A stretch of 64,000 nucleotides of DNA from Gammaproteobacteria bacterium (GTDB lineage Bacteria; Pseudomonadota; Gammaproteobacteria; Pseudomonadales; JADFDG01): the NCBI GenBank assembly GCA_018262975.1, contig JADFDG010000001.1, positions 163,372-227,371 on the forward strand, given 5' to 3'. A program made the translations under genes and the position numbers. The notes below the pieces were generated by a model. That model was not told where the DNA came from. It saw only the letters and a list, made by a program, of their open reading frames with translations, and did no database searches. Position 1 is the first letter of the stretch. The number at the start of each line of letters is the position of its first letter. Shown one piece after another: positions 18,958 to 29,570 of this stretch.

Positions 18958-21711
18958 TCACTCCGCTCCTGCACTGTTGTCATTGCTGTTGTCGACGGCG
19001 GCGTCGCCGTCACCCGCGGCCAGCGACGCGTCGTCGGCCTCGTCGTCATCCACCTCGGCGACCCGCACCAGGCCCACCAGCTTCTCGCCGGCATCGAGCT
19101 TGATGAGCGTGACGCCCTGGGTATTGCGGCCGGTCTCGCGCACTTCTTCCACGCGGGTACGCACCAGCGTGCCCTGGTCGGAAATGAGCATCAGCTGGTC
19201 GGCCGGGTACACCTGCACCGCCGCCACCAGGTCGCCGTTGCGCTCGCTGGTCTGGATGGCGATCACGCCCTGGCCGCCACGGCCGCGGCGCGGGAACTCG
19301 CCCAGCGCCGTGCGCTTGCCGAAGCCCTTCTCCGAGGCGGTGAGCACCTGCGCGCCACTCTCGGGAATGATCATGGAAATCAGGCGCTGGCCTTCCGGCA
19401 GGCGCATGCCGCGCACGCCGCGGGCGGTACGGCCCATGGTGCGCACGTGCTTTTCCTTGAAGCGGATGACCTTGCCGCCGCTGGAGAACAGCATCACGTC
19501 GCGCGCGCCGTTGGTGACCGAGGCGGCGATCAGCGTGTCGCCATCGTCGAGGCGCAGCGCGATCAGGCCGGCGCTGCGCGGACGGCTGAACTGCGCCAGC
19601 GGGGTCTTCTTGACGATGCCGCTGGCGGTGGCCATGAAGATGTAGGCACCGGTCGGCTCCTCTTCACCCTCATCGACAACCTCGGCGTCCTCGCCGTCGG
19701 CGACTTCCACCTCGTCGATCTCGGCAACGGCGTCGATGGCCCCATCATCCAGTTCGTCTTCCTCGCCGCCCGCCTGGGCAGCCAGCGCGCGGAAGTCGAC
19801 CAGCAGCAAGGCGGTGACCTTCTCGTTGTCGGCCAGCGACAGCAGGTTCACCAGCGGCTTGCCACGCGAACCGCGGCCACCCTGCGGCAACTCGTAGACC
19901 TTGATCCAGTACACGCGGCCGGCGGAGGTGAAGCACAGCACGGTGTCGTGCATGTTCGCCACCAGCAGGTGCTCGATGTAGTCCTCTTCCTTCACCGCCG
20001 TGGCGCTCTTGCCGCGACCGCCTCGCTTCTGCGCGCGGTAATCCGACAGCGGCTGGGTCTTGGCGTAGCCGGTGTGCGAGAGGGTGACCACCACCTGTTC
20101 GTTGGCGATCAGGTCCTCGGTGGTGAGGTCCTCGCGGCTGGTGAGGATCTCGGTGCGGCGCGCGTCGCCGAACTGCTCGCGCACGGCGACCAGCTCGCTG
20201 CGGATCACCTGCATCAGGCGCTCCGGGCTGGCGAGGATCAGGCCGAGCTCGCGGATGGTATCGAGCAGCTCGCCGTACTCGGCGATCAGCTTCTCGTGCT
20301 CCAGGCCGGTGAGTTTCTGCAGGCGCAGGTCGAGGATGGCCTGGGCCTGGTCCTCGCTCAGGTAGTACTGGCCGTCACGCAGGCCGAGGTTCGGCGCCAG
20401 CCCTTCGGGGCGGCAGGCCTTCTCGTCGCCGGCACGCTCGAGCATGGCGGTGACGATGCCCGGCGCCCAACCCTGCGACACCAGCGCGGCTTTCGCCTCG
20501 GCACCGGTCGGCGAGGCCTTGATCAGCGCGATCACCGGGTCGATGTTGGCCAGCGCCACGGCGAGGCCTTCGAGGATGTGGCCGCGTTCACGCGCCTTGC
20601 GCAGTTCATAGACGGTGCGACGGGTCACCACTTCGCGGCGGTGGCGCACGAAGGCGGAGATGAAGTCCTTGAGGTCCAGCAGGCGCGGCTGGCCATCGAC
20701 CAGCGCGACCATGTTGATGCCGAACACGCTCTCCAGCTGCGTCTGCGCGTAGAGGTTGTTCAGCACCACCTCGGCCATCGCGTCCTTCTTGATCTCGATG
20801 ACGATGCGCATGCCGTCCTTGTCGGACTCGTCACGCAGCTCGGCGATGCCCTCGATCACCTTCTCCTTCACGAGTTCGGCGATCTTCTCGATCAGGCGCG
20901 CCTTGTTGAGCTGGTAGGGGATCTCGGTGACGACGATCGCCTCGCGGCCGGAACGCTCGTTGGTCTCGACGGTGGCGCGGGCGCGGATGTAGATGCGGCC
21001 ACGACCGGTACGGTAGGCCTCGATGATGCCGGCGCGGCCGTTGATGATGGCGGCGGTGGGGAAATCCGGGCCCTTGATGTGTTCCATCAGGCCGTCGACG
21101 GTGATGTCCTCGTTCTCGATGTAGGCGAGGCAGCCGTTGATGACCTCGGTGAGGTTGTGCGGAGGGATGTTGGTGGCCATGCCCACCGCGATGCCGGCCG
21201 AACCGTTCACCAGCAGGTTGGGGACGCGGGTGGGGAGTACCGCGGGGATCTGCTCGGAGCCGTCGTAGTTCGGCACCCAGTCCACGGTTTCCTTGTCGAG
21301 ATCGGCCAGCAGCTCGTGGGCGATCTTCGACATGCGCACTTCGGTGTAACGCATGGCCGCGGCGGAGTCGCCGTCCACCGAACCGAAGTTGCCCTGGCCG
21401 TCCACCAGCATGTAGCGCAGGGAGAACGGCTGCGCCATGCGCACGATGGTGTCGTACACCGCCGAGTCGCCGTGCGGGTGGTACTTACCGATCACGTCAC
21501 CGACCACGCGGGCCGATTTCTTGTACGGCTTGTTCCAGTCGTTGCCGAGCTCGTGCATGGCGAACAGCACGCGGCGGTGCACCGGCTTCAGGCCGTCGCG
21601 CACGTCCGGCAGCGCGCGGCCGACGATCACGCTCATGGCGTAGTCGAGGTACGACTGCTTGAGTTCTTCTTCGATGTTGACCGGGGTGATTTCGCGGGCG
21701 AGGTCTGCCAT
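18958..21711 (-). CDS. gyrA: DNA gyrase subunit A
   Basis: [51 protein letters not shown] reads [14 protein letters not shown] at 21711; the track ORF starts 26 codons earlier. Confidence 0.97.
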   Translation of the reverse strand: MADLAREITPVNIEEELKQSYLDYAMSVIVGRALPDVRDGLKPVHRRVLFAMHELGNDWNKPYKKSARVVGDVIGKYHPHGDSAVYDTIVRMAQPFSLRYMLVDGQGNFGSVDGDSAAAMRYTEVRMSKIAHELLADLDKETVDWVPNYDGSEQIPAVLPTRVPNLLVNGSAGIAVGMATNIPPHNLTEVINGCLAYIENEDITVDGLMEHIKGPDFPTAAIINGRAGIIEAYRTGRGRIYIRARATVETNERSGREAIVVTEIPYQLNKARLIEKIAELVKEKVIEGIAELRDESDKDGMRIVIEIKKDAMAEVVLNNLYAQTQLESVFGINMVALVDGQPRLLDLKDFISAFVRHRREVVTRRTVYELRKARERGHILEGLAVALANIDPVIALIKASPTGAEAKAALVSQGWAPGIVTAMLERAGDEKACRPEGLAPNLGLRDGQYYLSEDQAQAILDLRLQKLTGLEHEKLIAEYGELLDTIRELGLILASPERLMQVIRSELVAVREQFGDARRTEILTSREDLTTEDLIANEQVVVTLSHTGYAKTQPLSDYRAQKRGGRGKSATAVKEEDYIEHLLVANMHDTVLCFTSAGRVYWIKVYELPQGGRGSRGKPLVNLLSLADNEKVTALLLVDFRALAAQAGGEEDELDDGAIDAVAEIDEVEVADGEDAEVVDEGEEEPTGAYIFMATASGIVKKTPLAQFSRPRSAGLIALRLDDGDTLIAASVTNGARDVMLFSSGGKVIRFKEKHVRTMGRTARGVRGMRLPEGQRLISMIIPESGAQVLTASEKGFGKRTALGEFPRRGRGGQGVIAIQTSERNGDLVAAVQVYPADQLMLISDQGTLVRTRVEEVRETGRNTQGVTLIKLDAGEKLVGLVRVAEVDDDEADDASLAAGDGDAAVDNSNDNSAGAE

Positions 21712-21974
21712 GGTCCTGCTTTCTTGTCGGTCTGCGGACACCCCGGGCGGGATGTCCGGGCGGGGCCGGCACGGGGCTCCGCCCCGCACCTTTTGACCCT
21801 GCCGGAAAAGCCGGGAAGTCTAGCAGAGAAAGCCCCTCGGCCCCACCCTCGCCGGGGGCGGGGCGCGACCCGCCGGACACGGGTGGAATGCCTGCCGCCA
21901 CAAGCACTTGGCGGCGCCCTCCGCTATACTCCCGCGACCCATTTCGCCCCCTCGCTACACGTGAAGCAGGCTCC

Positions 21975-23309
21975 ATGACCAACCCCGACAGTCCCGTGCT
22001 GGTCATCGCTGCCGGCCACGTGCTGACCGTGGACCGCAAGGACCGCGTGCTGCGCGACCATGCCGTGGTGGTGCGCGACCGCAAGATCGCCGCCGTCGTC
22101 CCCGTCGAGGAGGCCAGCCGCCGCTGGCCGAAGGCCGAGCGCCTCGACCTGCCGGACCACGTGCTGATGCCCGGGCTGGTCAACGCCCATACCCATCTGG
22201 CCATGAACCTGCTGCGCGGGCTGGCCGACGACCTGCCGCTGAAGGCCTGGCTGGAAGACCACGTGTGGCCGGCCGAGGCGCGCTGGGTGAGCGACGAGTT
22301 CGTGCTGGACGGGTCGCTGCTGGCCATCGCCGAGATGATCCGCGGCGGCATCACCTGCTTCGCCGATAACTACTTCTTCCCCAATGCCACCGCCCGCGCG
22401 GCCGCCCAGGCCGGCATCCGCGCCATGCTGCACCCGCCGGTGATGGAGTTCGCCACCGCCTGGGCGGCCAACGCCGACGAGTACATCCACAAGGCACTGG
22501 CCCTGCACGACGACTACAAGAACCACCCGCTGGTGAGCGTCGGCATCGGCCCGCATGCGCCCTACACGGTCAGCGATGCCGCCCTGCGCAAGATCATCAT
22601 GCTCACCAACGAGCTGTCGGTGCCCATGCCGGTGCAGATGCACGTGCACGAGGCACCGCACGAGATCGGCGAGGCGCTGGCCAGCGACCAGCGGCGCCCG
22701 CTGGCGCGCCTGCACGCGCTGGGCATCACCGGGCCGTCGTTCCAGTGCGTGCACATGACCCAGGTGAACGACGAGGACATCGCCATCCTCGCCGCCACCG
22801 GCAGCCACGTGATCCACTGCCCGGAATCCAACCTCAAGCTGGCCAGTGGCTACTGCCCGGTGGCGAGACTGCTGGACGCCGGGGTCAACGTGGCCTTGGG
22901 CACCGACGGTGCCGCCTCCAACAACGACCTCGACATGTTCAGCGAGATGCGCACCGCCGCCATCCTCGCCAAGAGCGTGGCCGGCGATGCGGCCGCCTTC
23001 CCGGCGCGCGCCGTGCTGCGCGCCGCCACCATCAACGGCGCGAAGGCGCTTGGCCTGGACGCCGTCACCGGCAGCCTGGAAACGGGCAAGAGCGCCGACC
23101 TCATCGCCGTCGATCTCGGCGGCCTCGAATCGCAACCGCTCTACCACCTCGAATCGCAACTGGTCTACGCCACCGGCCGCCACCAGGTGACCCACGCCTG
23201 GGTCGCCGGCACGCCGCTGATGACCGGGCGCGTCCTGACCACCCTCAACGCGGGCCACATCGCCCAGCGCGCCGCCGAATGGGCGGCACGCATCAGCCCG
23301 CGCAACTGA
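21975..23309 (+). CDS. mtaD: TRZ/ATZ-family amidohydrolase, 5-methylthioadenosine/S-adenosylhomocysteine deaminase-like
   Basis: [13 protein letters not shown] metal-binding motif, HVHE and [12 protein letters not shown] at 21975. Confidence 0.82.
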   Translation: MTNPDSPVLVIAAGHVLTVDRKDRVLRDHAVVVRDRKIAAVVPVEEASRRWPKAERLDLPDHVLMPGLVNAHTHLAMNLLRGLADDLPLKAWLEDHVWPAEARWVSDEFVLDGSLLAIAEMIRGGITCFADNYFFPNATARAAAQAGIRAMLHPPVMEFATAWAANADEYIHKALALHDDYKNHPLVSVGIGPHAPYTVSDAALRKIIMLTNELSVPMPVQMHVHEAPHEIGEALASDQRRPLARLHALGITGPSFQCVHMTQVNDEDIAILAATGSHVIHCPESNLKLASGYCPVARLLDAGVNVALGTDGAASNNDLDMFSEMRTAAILAKSVAGDAAAFPARAVLRAATINGAKALGLDAVTGSLETGKSADLIAVDLGGLESQPLYHLESQLVYATGRHQVTHAWVAGTPLMTGRVLTTLNAGHIAQRAAEWAARISPRN

Positions 23310-23320
23310 CGGTCCCAACC

Positions 23321-24031
23321 ATGAGCAATGAAACACGCAACGTCGATGCCGCCGAGGTCGCCAAGTTCGAGGCGCTCGCCAGCCGCTGGTGGGACCCGCA
23401 CAGCGAGTTCAAGCCGCTGCACGACATCAACCCGCTGCGCCTGAACTGGATCGACGGCAAGGTGAAACTGGCCGGCAAGCGCGTGATCGACGTGGGCTGC
23501 GGCGGCGGCATCCTCGCCGAGAGCATGGCCCGCCGCGGCGCGGTGGTCACCGGCATCGACATGGGCGAAGCGCCGCTGGCGGTGGCCCGCCTGCACCTGC
23601 TGGAGACCGGCGCCGAGGTGGAATACCTGCACGGCACCGCCGAGGAGATGGCCGCGCAGCGCGCCGGCCAGTACGACGCCGTCACCTGCATGGAGATGCT
23701 CGAGCACGTGCCCGACCCGGCGGCGGTGGTGGCCGCCTGCGCGCGCCTGGTGAAGCCCGGCGGCGACGTGTTTTTCTCCACCATCAACCGCAACCCCAAG
23801 GCCTGGCTGTTCGCCATCGTCGGCGCCGAGCACGTGCTGCGCCTGCTGCCGCGCGGCACGCACGAATACGCCAAGTTCATCCGCCCCTCGGAGCTGGCCG
23901 GCTGGTGCCGCGACGCCGGCCTCGACACCGTCGACATCACCGGCATGCACTTCAATCCGCTCACCGGCAGCTACTGGCTGGGCCGCGGCGTGGACGTGAA
24001 CTACCTCGTACACACGGTGCGCCGCGCATGA
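23321..24031 (+). CDS. ubiG: Bifunctional 3-demethylubiquinol / 2-polyprenyl-6-hydroxyphenol O-methyltransferase
   Basis: [32 protein letters not shown] and the [16 protein letters not shown] motif. It lies in the frame of track ORF 22745..24031, with ATG at 23321. Confidence 0.92.
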   Translation: MSNETRNVDAAEVAKFEALASRWWDPHSEFKPLHDINPLRLNWIDGKVKLAGKRVIDVGCGGGILAESMARRGAVVTGIDMGEAPLAVARLHLLETGAEVEYLHGTAEEMAAQRAGQYDAVTCMEMLEHVPDPAAVVAACARLVKPGGDVFFSTINRNPKAWLFAIVGAEHVLRLLPRGTHEYAKFIRPSELAGWCRDAGLDTVDITGMHFNPLTGSYWLGRGVDVNYLVHTVRRA

Positions 24032-24726
24032 ACCACGCTACTGCGACTGTCGGCCAGCCGGCCGGCCGCGCCTGGCGCGGCGTGCTGTTCGACCTCGACG
24101 GCACCCTGCTCGACACGGCGCCGGATTTCATCGTGGTGCTCAATGCCATGCTCACCGACCGCGGCCACGCGGCGCTGCCCGCGGACGACATCCGCGCGGT
24201 GGTATCGAACGGCGCCCGCGCGCTGGTGGCACTGGCTTTCGGCGGCGCGCCGGGCGAAGCGGAATTCGAGGCGCTCAACACCGAACTGCGCGATCGCTAC
24301 GCACGCCACCTGGCGGTGCATACGCGGCTGTTCCCGGGCCTCGACGACATCCTGCGCCGCCTCGAGGCCGCCGGCATTCCCTGGGGCATCGTCACCAACA
24401 AGCCCAGCATCTACACGTTGCCGCTGCTGGAAGCACTGGACCTGCGCGCGCGTTGTGCCAGCGTGGTGTGTCCCGACCAGGTGACGCACACCAAGCCGCA
24501 CCCGGAACCGATGTACAAGGCCTGCGCGGAAATCGGCATCGCCGCCGGCGACTGCCTCTACGTGGGCGACCACGAGCGCGACATCGCCGCCGGCCGCAAC
24601 GCCGGCATGGCCACCGTGGTCGCCGGCTGGGGCTACATCGGCGCCGACGAGCACCCGAGTGACTGGCAACCCGATTTCATGGTCGACAGCGTGCGCGAAT
24701 TCGGCGCGCTGCTGTTCGCCGACTGA
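24028..24726 (+). CDS. HAD-superfamily phosphatase (phosphoglycolate phosphatase / MupP-like)
   Basis: [14 protein letters not shown] and [11 protein letters not shown] motifs. The ATG overlaps the ubiG stop (ATGA). The ubiG-HAD-yciK order matches that known in pseudomonads. Confidence 0.8.
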   Translation: MNHATATVGQPAGRAWRGVLFDLDGTLLDTAPDFIVVLNAMLTDRGHAALPADDIRAVVSNGARALVALAFGGAPGEAEFEALNTELRDRYARHLAVHTRLFPGLDDILRRLEAAGIPWGIVTNKPSIYTLPLLEALDLRARCASVVCPDQVTHTKPHPEPMYKACAEIGIAAGDCLYVGDHERDIAAGRNAGMATVVAGWGYIGADEHPSDWQPDFMVDSVREFGALLFAD

Positions 24727-24743
24727 TCCTGCGTGGAGAAACC

Positions 24744-25508
24744 ATGAGCAACACCCTGCCCGCCGGCTGGCAAGCACGCCCCGGTTGCCTGAACGACAAG
24801 ATCCTGCTGGTGACCGGCGCCGGCGACGGCATCGGCCGTGCCTGTGCGCTCGCCTTCGCGAAGCTCGGCGCCACCGTGGTGCTGCTGGGCCGCACCCAGG
24901 ACAAGCTCGAGGCGGTGTACGACCAGATCAAGCGCGACGGCGGCAAGGAGCCGGCCATGGTGCCGCTCAACCTCGCGGCGACCACGCCGGTGGAGTACGC
25001 GCAGCTGGCCGACATGCTCGACACCGAATTCCACCGCCTGGACGGCATCGTGCATTGCGCGGCCGTGCTCGGCGACATCACGCCCATGGAACTGTACAGC
25101 GCCGAAACCTGGTCGCAGGTGATGCGCGTGAACCTCGACGCGCCGGTTTTCCTGACCCAGGCCATGCTGCCGCTGCTCAAGGCCTCGCCGTCGGCATCGG
25201 TGGTGTTCACCAGCTCCAGCGTCGGCCGCAAGGGCCGCGCTTTCTGGGGCGCCTACGCGGTGAGCAAGGCGGGCATCGAGTCGGTGACGCAGGTGCTGGC
25301 CGACGAGATGGAACACCTCGGCACCCTGCGCTTCAACGCGGTGAACCCCGGCGCCACCCGCACCACCATGCGCGCGAAAGCCTACCCGGCGGAAAACCCG
25401 CTGACGCTGAAGACCCCCGACGAGATCGTGCCGCTGTTCACCTGGCTGGTGAGCGACGACAGCCGCGCCGTCAACGGCCAGTCGCTGGACGCGCAGCCGA
25501 AGCCCTGA
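24744..25508 (+). CDS. yciK: YciK-family short-chain dehydrogenase/reductase
   Basis: TGAGDGIG cofactor motif and an SDR YxxxK (YAVSK). GGAGAA RBS. Confidence 0.85.
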   Translation: MSNTLPAGWQARPGCLNDKILLVTGAGDGIGRACALAFAKLGATVVLLGRTQDKLEAVYDQIKRDGGKEPAMVPLNLAATTPVEYAQLADMLDTEFHRLDGIVHCAAVLGDITPMELYSAETWSQVMRVNLDAPVFLTQAMLPLLKASPSASVVFTSSSVGRKGRAFWGAYAVSKAGIESVTQVLADEMEHLGTLRFNAVNPGATRTTMRAKAYPAENPLTLKTPDEIVPLFTWLVSDDSRAVNGQSLDAQPKP

Positions 25509-25514
25509 GGCCGC

Positions 25515-26651
25515 TCAGCCCGCCGGGGTATCCCGGCGCAGCCACTCGCGGAACGGATACAGCATCTGGCCACGGAAGCCTTCCGGCGGCGGCGCACCGA
25601 CCGTGCTGAATTTCGTCGCGGTGTGCGCCGGCAGGTAGGCGGTACGGAACAGCCAGTCGTACACCGGCAGGAAGGCCGCGTAGTTGCGGTCGATCGCCTC
25701 GGCCTGCGAGCTGTGGTGCCAGTGGTGGAACTCCGGCGTCGCCAGCACCCAGCGGAAGTACGGGAAGCGGAAGCGCACGTTGGCGTGGATGAAGATGGCG
25801 TGGAACGAGATGAACACCAGGTAGGCATACACCGCCGGCGCCGCGAACCCGAGGATGAAGATCGGCAGGTAGCCGACCAGCCGGTTGGCAATGATCTCGA
25901 GGAAGTGCAGGCGCGATGACGCCAGCCAGTCCATGTGCTCGCTGGAATGGTGTACCGCGTGGATCTTCCACAGCGCCGGTACCTCGTGCAGCGCGCGGTG
26001 GATCCAGTAGCTGAAGAAGTCCACCACCACCAGGATCTCGATCACCTGCAGCCACAGCGGCTGGGCAGCGATGGCGCGCTGGAAATCCGCATCGATGGCC
26101 CAGGAAAAGAAATGGTGGGCCGGCACGATCGACAGGAAGGTGAACAACTGGATGCCGACGTGCCCGAACAGGAAATAGTTCAGGTCGGTGGTCCAGCCGC
26201 GCCGCAACATCTTCTGCTGCGGATTCTGCGGGAACAACCGCTCCAGCGGGATGAACACCAGCGCCAGGATGAACAGGGTCAGCACGAAGTAATCGAGCCC
26301 GGCATAGACGCTGCGCTGCTCGACCGGGCCGCCGGCAGATTCCATGCTGCCCAGCACGGCGGCCAGCGTCGCCAGCAGGATGCCGGCCAGCCCGAAGCGG
26401 CGCGTGCCACGGAATACGGCTACCACGCCGGCGAAGAAGGCTGCGGCGATCACCCCGTACAGCAGATTGCGCAGCAACGGCACGTTGTACAGGCGACGGA
26501 AATCGGGGGTGGTGAAGATTTCCGGGAACAGGAAGCACAGCGCGCCCAGAACACCCAGCATGCCCAGCGACACGGCGAGGAAGGCCGCCACCTGCCCGCG
26601 CCCCTGCACCAGTTCGATGTCTTCAAAACGACGACGGATAGCTTCACTCAT
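25515..26651 (-). CDS. Fatty-acid hydroxylase / sterol desaturase superfamily membrane protein
   Basis: His clusters HRALHE, HAVHHSSEH and HHWHH, plus several N-terminal TM segments. Confidence 0.8.
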   Translation of the reverse strand: MSEAIRRRFEDIELVQGRGQVAAFLAVSLGMLGVLGALCFLFPEIFTTPDFRRLYNVPLLRNLLYGVIAAAFFAGVVAVFRGTRRFGLAGILLATLAAVLGSMESAGGPVEQRSVYAGLDYFVLTLFILALVFIPLERLFPQNPQQKMLRRGWTTDLNYFLFGHVGIQLFTFLSIVPAHHFFSWAIDADFQRAIAAQPLWLQVIEILVVVDFFSYWIHRALHEVPALWKIHAVHHSSEHMDWLASSRLHFLEIIANRLVGYLPIFILGFAAPAVYAYLVFISFHAIFIHANVRFRFPYFRWVLATPEFHHWHHSSQAEAIDRNYAAFLPVYDWLFRTAYLPAHTATKFSTVGAPPPEGFRGQMLYPFREWLRRDTPAG

Positions 26652-26707
26652 GTCCTGTCCTTGACTGTGATGCCGGCAGGTCGGCGTACCGACCGGCCAC
26701 GAATTCC

Positions 26708-27613
26708 TCAGCGACGGCCGCGCAGGTAACCGCCGCCGCGGCGCGGGCGATCGCCGTCACGCGCGCGATTGCCGTCCGCCTCGCCGTCCCGGCCCCCACG
26801 CGGCGCAGGATCGTTGGCACGCTCCTGCCGTTCCGCCAGGCGCTTGGCGCGGCCGTACAGGCCGGTGTGCTTGCGCGGCGGCATGCGGCACAGCTGCTCC
26901 AGGCGCGCGATGTCCTCGGCGCCCAGCTCGATCCATGTGCCCTGGCGCAGCGTCGACGGCATCATGTAACTGCCGAAGCGGATGCGCATCAGGCGGCTCA
27001 CGGTCAGCCCCTGCGACTCCCACAGGCGGCGCACCTCGCGGTACTTGCCACCGGTGAGGCTGCAGCGGTACCAGTGGTTGGTGCCTTGCCCGCCGGCATC
27101 GGTGATGGCATTGAAGCGGCTGATGCCGTCCTCCAGCAACACGCCGCCCAGCAGTGCCTGGCGCTTGTCTTCCGTCAGCTCACCCATCACGCGCACGGCG
27201 TACTCGCGCTCGACCTCGGTGGTCGGGTGCATGAGGCGGTTGGCCAGCTCGCCGTCATTGCTGAACAGCAGCAGCCCGGAGGTGTTGATGTCGAGGCGAC
27301 CGACGCTGACCCAGCGCTGGCCGTTCAACGGCGGCAACTGGTCGAACACGCTCGGACGCCCCTCGGGGTCGTTGCGCGAGACCACCTCGCCTTCCACCTT
27401 GTGATACGCAATGACGCGACGTTCCATTTCATCCTCGGCCACCACTGCGACGCGCCGGCCGTCGACGCGGATATCGTCGCCGGAGCCGACACGGTCGCCC
27501 AGCGTGGCGGGCTTGCCGTTGACAGTGACGCGTCCGGCGGCGATCCATTCCTCGGCGACGCGTCGTGAGGCCAGCCCGGCCCGGGCCAGCACCTTCTGCA
27601 ATTTCTCGGTCAT
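26708..27613 (-). CDS. rluB: 23S rRNA pseudouridine(2605) synthase
   Basis: S4 domain (LQKVLARAGLASRR), the RLDINTSGLLL catalytic motif and an Arg/Gly-rich tail. ATG at 27613. Confidence 0.88.
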   Translation of the reverse strand: MTEKLQKVLARAGLASRRVAEEWIAAGRVTVNGKPATLGDRVGSGDDIRVDGRRVAVVAEDEMERRVIAYHKVEGEVVSRNDPEGRPSVFDQLPPLNGQRWVSVGRLDINTSGLLLFSNDGELANRLMHPTTEVEREYAVRVMGELTEDKRQALLGGVLLEDGISRFNAITDAGGQGTNHWYRCSLTGGKYREVRRLWESQGLTVSRLMRIRFGSYMMPSTLRQGTWIELGAEDIARLEQLCRMPPRKHTGLYGRAKRLAERQERANDPAPRGGRDGEADGNRARDGDRPRRGGGYLRGRR

Positions 27614-27622
27614 CACCGCCGC

Positions 27623-28564
27623 TCAGGGCTGGCCGTCGCCGACCGGCCCCTCGCCGGCAGCCGGCTCGTCTTCCTTGCGGCGGAAACTCTCTTCCACCCG
27701 CTTGAGCACCTCGTCGACTTCCTGCATGTCCATCTTGATCTCGTCGAGGCCGTCGTCTTCCGGCTCGGCACCGATGATGTACTGGTGGCCGGACTGCTCC
27801 TGGGCGGCGCCATCGGCCAGCGCGGCATTCTCGGCGGCCAGGATCGCCGCGGCCGGCGCCACTTCGAGCTGCAGTTCCTCGTTGACCTTGTCGAGGTCTC
27901 GGATCTCCGACAGCGTCGGCAACTCCTCGAGGCTCTTGAGGTCGAAGTAGTCGAGGAAGTCGTGGGTGGTGGCGTAGAGGGCGGGACGGCCCGGCACGTC
28001 GCGGTGGCCGACAATGCGGATCCAGTCGCGCTCGATCAGCGACTTGATCATCTCCGAACTGACCGTCACGCCGCGGATCTCCTCGATCTCGCCACGGGTG
28101 ATCGGCTGGCGATAGGCGATGAGTGCCAGGGTTTCCAGCAGCGCACGCGAATAGCGCGGCGGCTTTTCCGTCCACAGCCGGCTGACCCAGGGGCCGATGT
28201 CCTTGCGCACCTGGATGCGGAAACCGGAGGCAACCTCCTTCAGCTCCATGCCGCGGCCCTCGTACTCGGCGGCAATTTCGCCGAGCATTTCGCGGATGGC
28301 GGCCTCGTCCGGGCGCTCGTGGTCGTCGAACAGGGTGCCGAAGCGGTCGATGGCCAGCGTCTCGCCGGCGGCCAGCAGGGCGCCCTCGAGGATGCGCTTG
28401 ATGGTGGCGCGGTCGGGTGCCGGGCGCTGCACCGGCTCGACCGGCACGTCCATCGCCTCATCGATCGCCTGGTCCATCGCTGCATCGGCGTGCGCGACGT
28501 CTTCCGTGGCAACCACTTCCCCTACCGGCGCTTCCGGTGCGTCGTTGTCGTGCGTGTTATCCAT
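27623..28564 (-). CDS. scpB: Segregation and condensation protein B
   Basis: ScpB winged-helix core (LLETLALIAYRQPITRGEIEEIRGV...) with acidic N- and C-terminal extensions. The start overlaps the scpA 3' end by 8 nt. Confidence 0.85.
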   Translation of the reverse strand: MDNTHDNDAPEAPVGEVVATEDVAHADAAMDQAIDEAMDVPVEPVQRPAPDRATIKRILEGALLAAGETLAIDRFGTLFDDHERPDEAAIREMLGEIAAEYEGRGMELKEVASGFRIQVRKDIGPWVSRLWTEKPPRYSRALLETLALIAYRQPITRGEIEEIRGVTVSSEMIKSLIERDWIRIVGHRDVPGRPALYATTHDFLDYFDLKSLEELPTLSEIRDLDKVNEELQLEVAPAAAILAAENAALADGAAQEQSGHQYIIGAEPEDDGLDEIKMDMQEVDEVLKRVEESFRRKEDEPAAGEGPVGDGQP

Positions 28565-29540
28565 TGTCTTCCTCCGGGCTCACCCGGCTCTCGTACTCGT
28601 CGACCTGGATGCTCTCGTCGAGCGTGGCCACGCGCGCGCGCACGTGGATGGGGCTGTACGGGTCGGTCTGGATCAGTTCCACCAGCTGGTTCTTCACCAG
28701 TTCGAGGATGGCGATGAAGGTCACCACCACGCCGAGGCGGCCCTCTTCGGCGTCGAACAGCGACACGAAGGGCGCGAACTCGCGGCCCTGCAGCGACTCC
28801 AGCACCTTGCCCATGCGCTCGCGGGTGGACAGCTTCTCGCGCGAGATGTGGTGGTGCTCGAACATCTCGGCGCGCTGGAACACTTCCTTGAGCGACAGCA
28901 GCATTTCCTTGAGGTCGACGTCCGGCAGCGGCTTCTCGCGCACGAAATCCGGGCGGTAGGCGCGTGCCGGGAAGATGTCGCGCTCCAGGCGCGGCAGCGC
29001 CTCGATGTCCTCGGCGGCCTTCTTGAAGCGCTCGTATTCCTGCAGGCGGCGCACCAGCTCGGCGCGCGGGTCGACTTCCTCGCCCTCCTCGGTCTTCGGG
29101 CGCGGCAACAGCATGCGCGACTTGATCTCGCCGAGCATGGCCGCCATCACCAGGTACTCGGCGGCGAGCTCGAAGCGAACCGCCTTCATCAGCTCGACGT
29201 ATTCCATGTACTGGCGGGTGATTTCCGCCAGCGGGATGTCGAGGATGTCGAGGTTCTGCTTGCGGATCAGGTACAGCAGCAGGTCGAGCGGGCCCTCGAA
29301 GGCCTCGAGGAACACCTCGAGGGCATCCGGCGGGATATAGAGGTCTTCGGGCAGCTTGGTGATGACCTGCCCCTGCACGAGGGCAAACGGCATCTCGGCC
29401 TGGTGCGGCGCCTGGGCGCGCAACTCCAGAAGGCCCGGGTGGTGGCCTTCGTCGGCATCGACGGGCTGTCCGGCCTCGACGGGCTGTTCGTCCCCGGGCA
29501 AGGCCTGCGCCTCCATCGAGGCGTGTTCACTGTCTGTCAT
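28557..29540 (-). CDS. scpA: Segregation and condensation protein A
   Basis: FEGPLDLLLYLIRKQNLDILDIPLAEIT kleisin motif. ATG at 29540, with a GTG alternative at 29543. Confidence 0.88.
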   Translation of the reverse strand: MTDSEHASMEAQALPGDEQPVEAGQPVDADEGHHPGLLELRAQAPHQAEMPFALVQGQVITKLPEDLYIPPDALEVFLEAFEGPLDLLLYLIRKQNLDILDIPLAEITRQYMEYVELMKAVRFELAAEYLVMAAMLGEIKSRMLLPRPKTEEGEEVDPRAELVRRLQEYERFKKAAEDIEALPRLERDIFPARAYRPDFVREKPLPDVDLKEMLLSLKEVFQRAEMFEHHHISREKLSTRERMGKVLESLQGREFAPFVSLFDAEEGRLGVVVTFIAILELVKNQLVELIQTDPYSPIHVRARVATLDESIQVDEYESRVSPEEDNG

Positions 29541-29570
29541 CACGACAATTCCGTTGTGTCCCGTGCAGCG

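Noticed and set aside
19651-19775. Acidic insertion in the GyrA C-terminal domain ([37 protein letters not shown]) plus an acidic C-terminal tail.
   Set aside because: It is in frame and codon-typical, and it is flanked by normal beta-pinwheel sequence. Acidic tails and insertions in GyrA are lineage-variable and known to modulate DNA wrapping. It is probably a clade trait rather than a novelty.
21451-21465. gyrA quinolone-resistance-determining region.
   Set aside because: Codons give Ser83 (TCG) and Asp87 (GAC), the wild-type susceptible state. Nothing unusual.
21843-21915. GC-rich nested hairpins upstream of mtaD (CCACCC...GGGTGG; GCCGCCA-loop-TGGCGGC), considered as an SAH/SAM-type riboswitch.
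   Set aside because: I could not find the conserved SAH-riboswitch core sequences. The hairpins also lie upstream of the only plausible -10 element (TATACT, 21925-21930), so they are probably outside the mRNA leader. This region is also the gyrA upstream region on the other strand.
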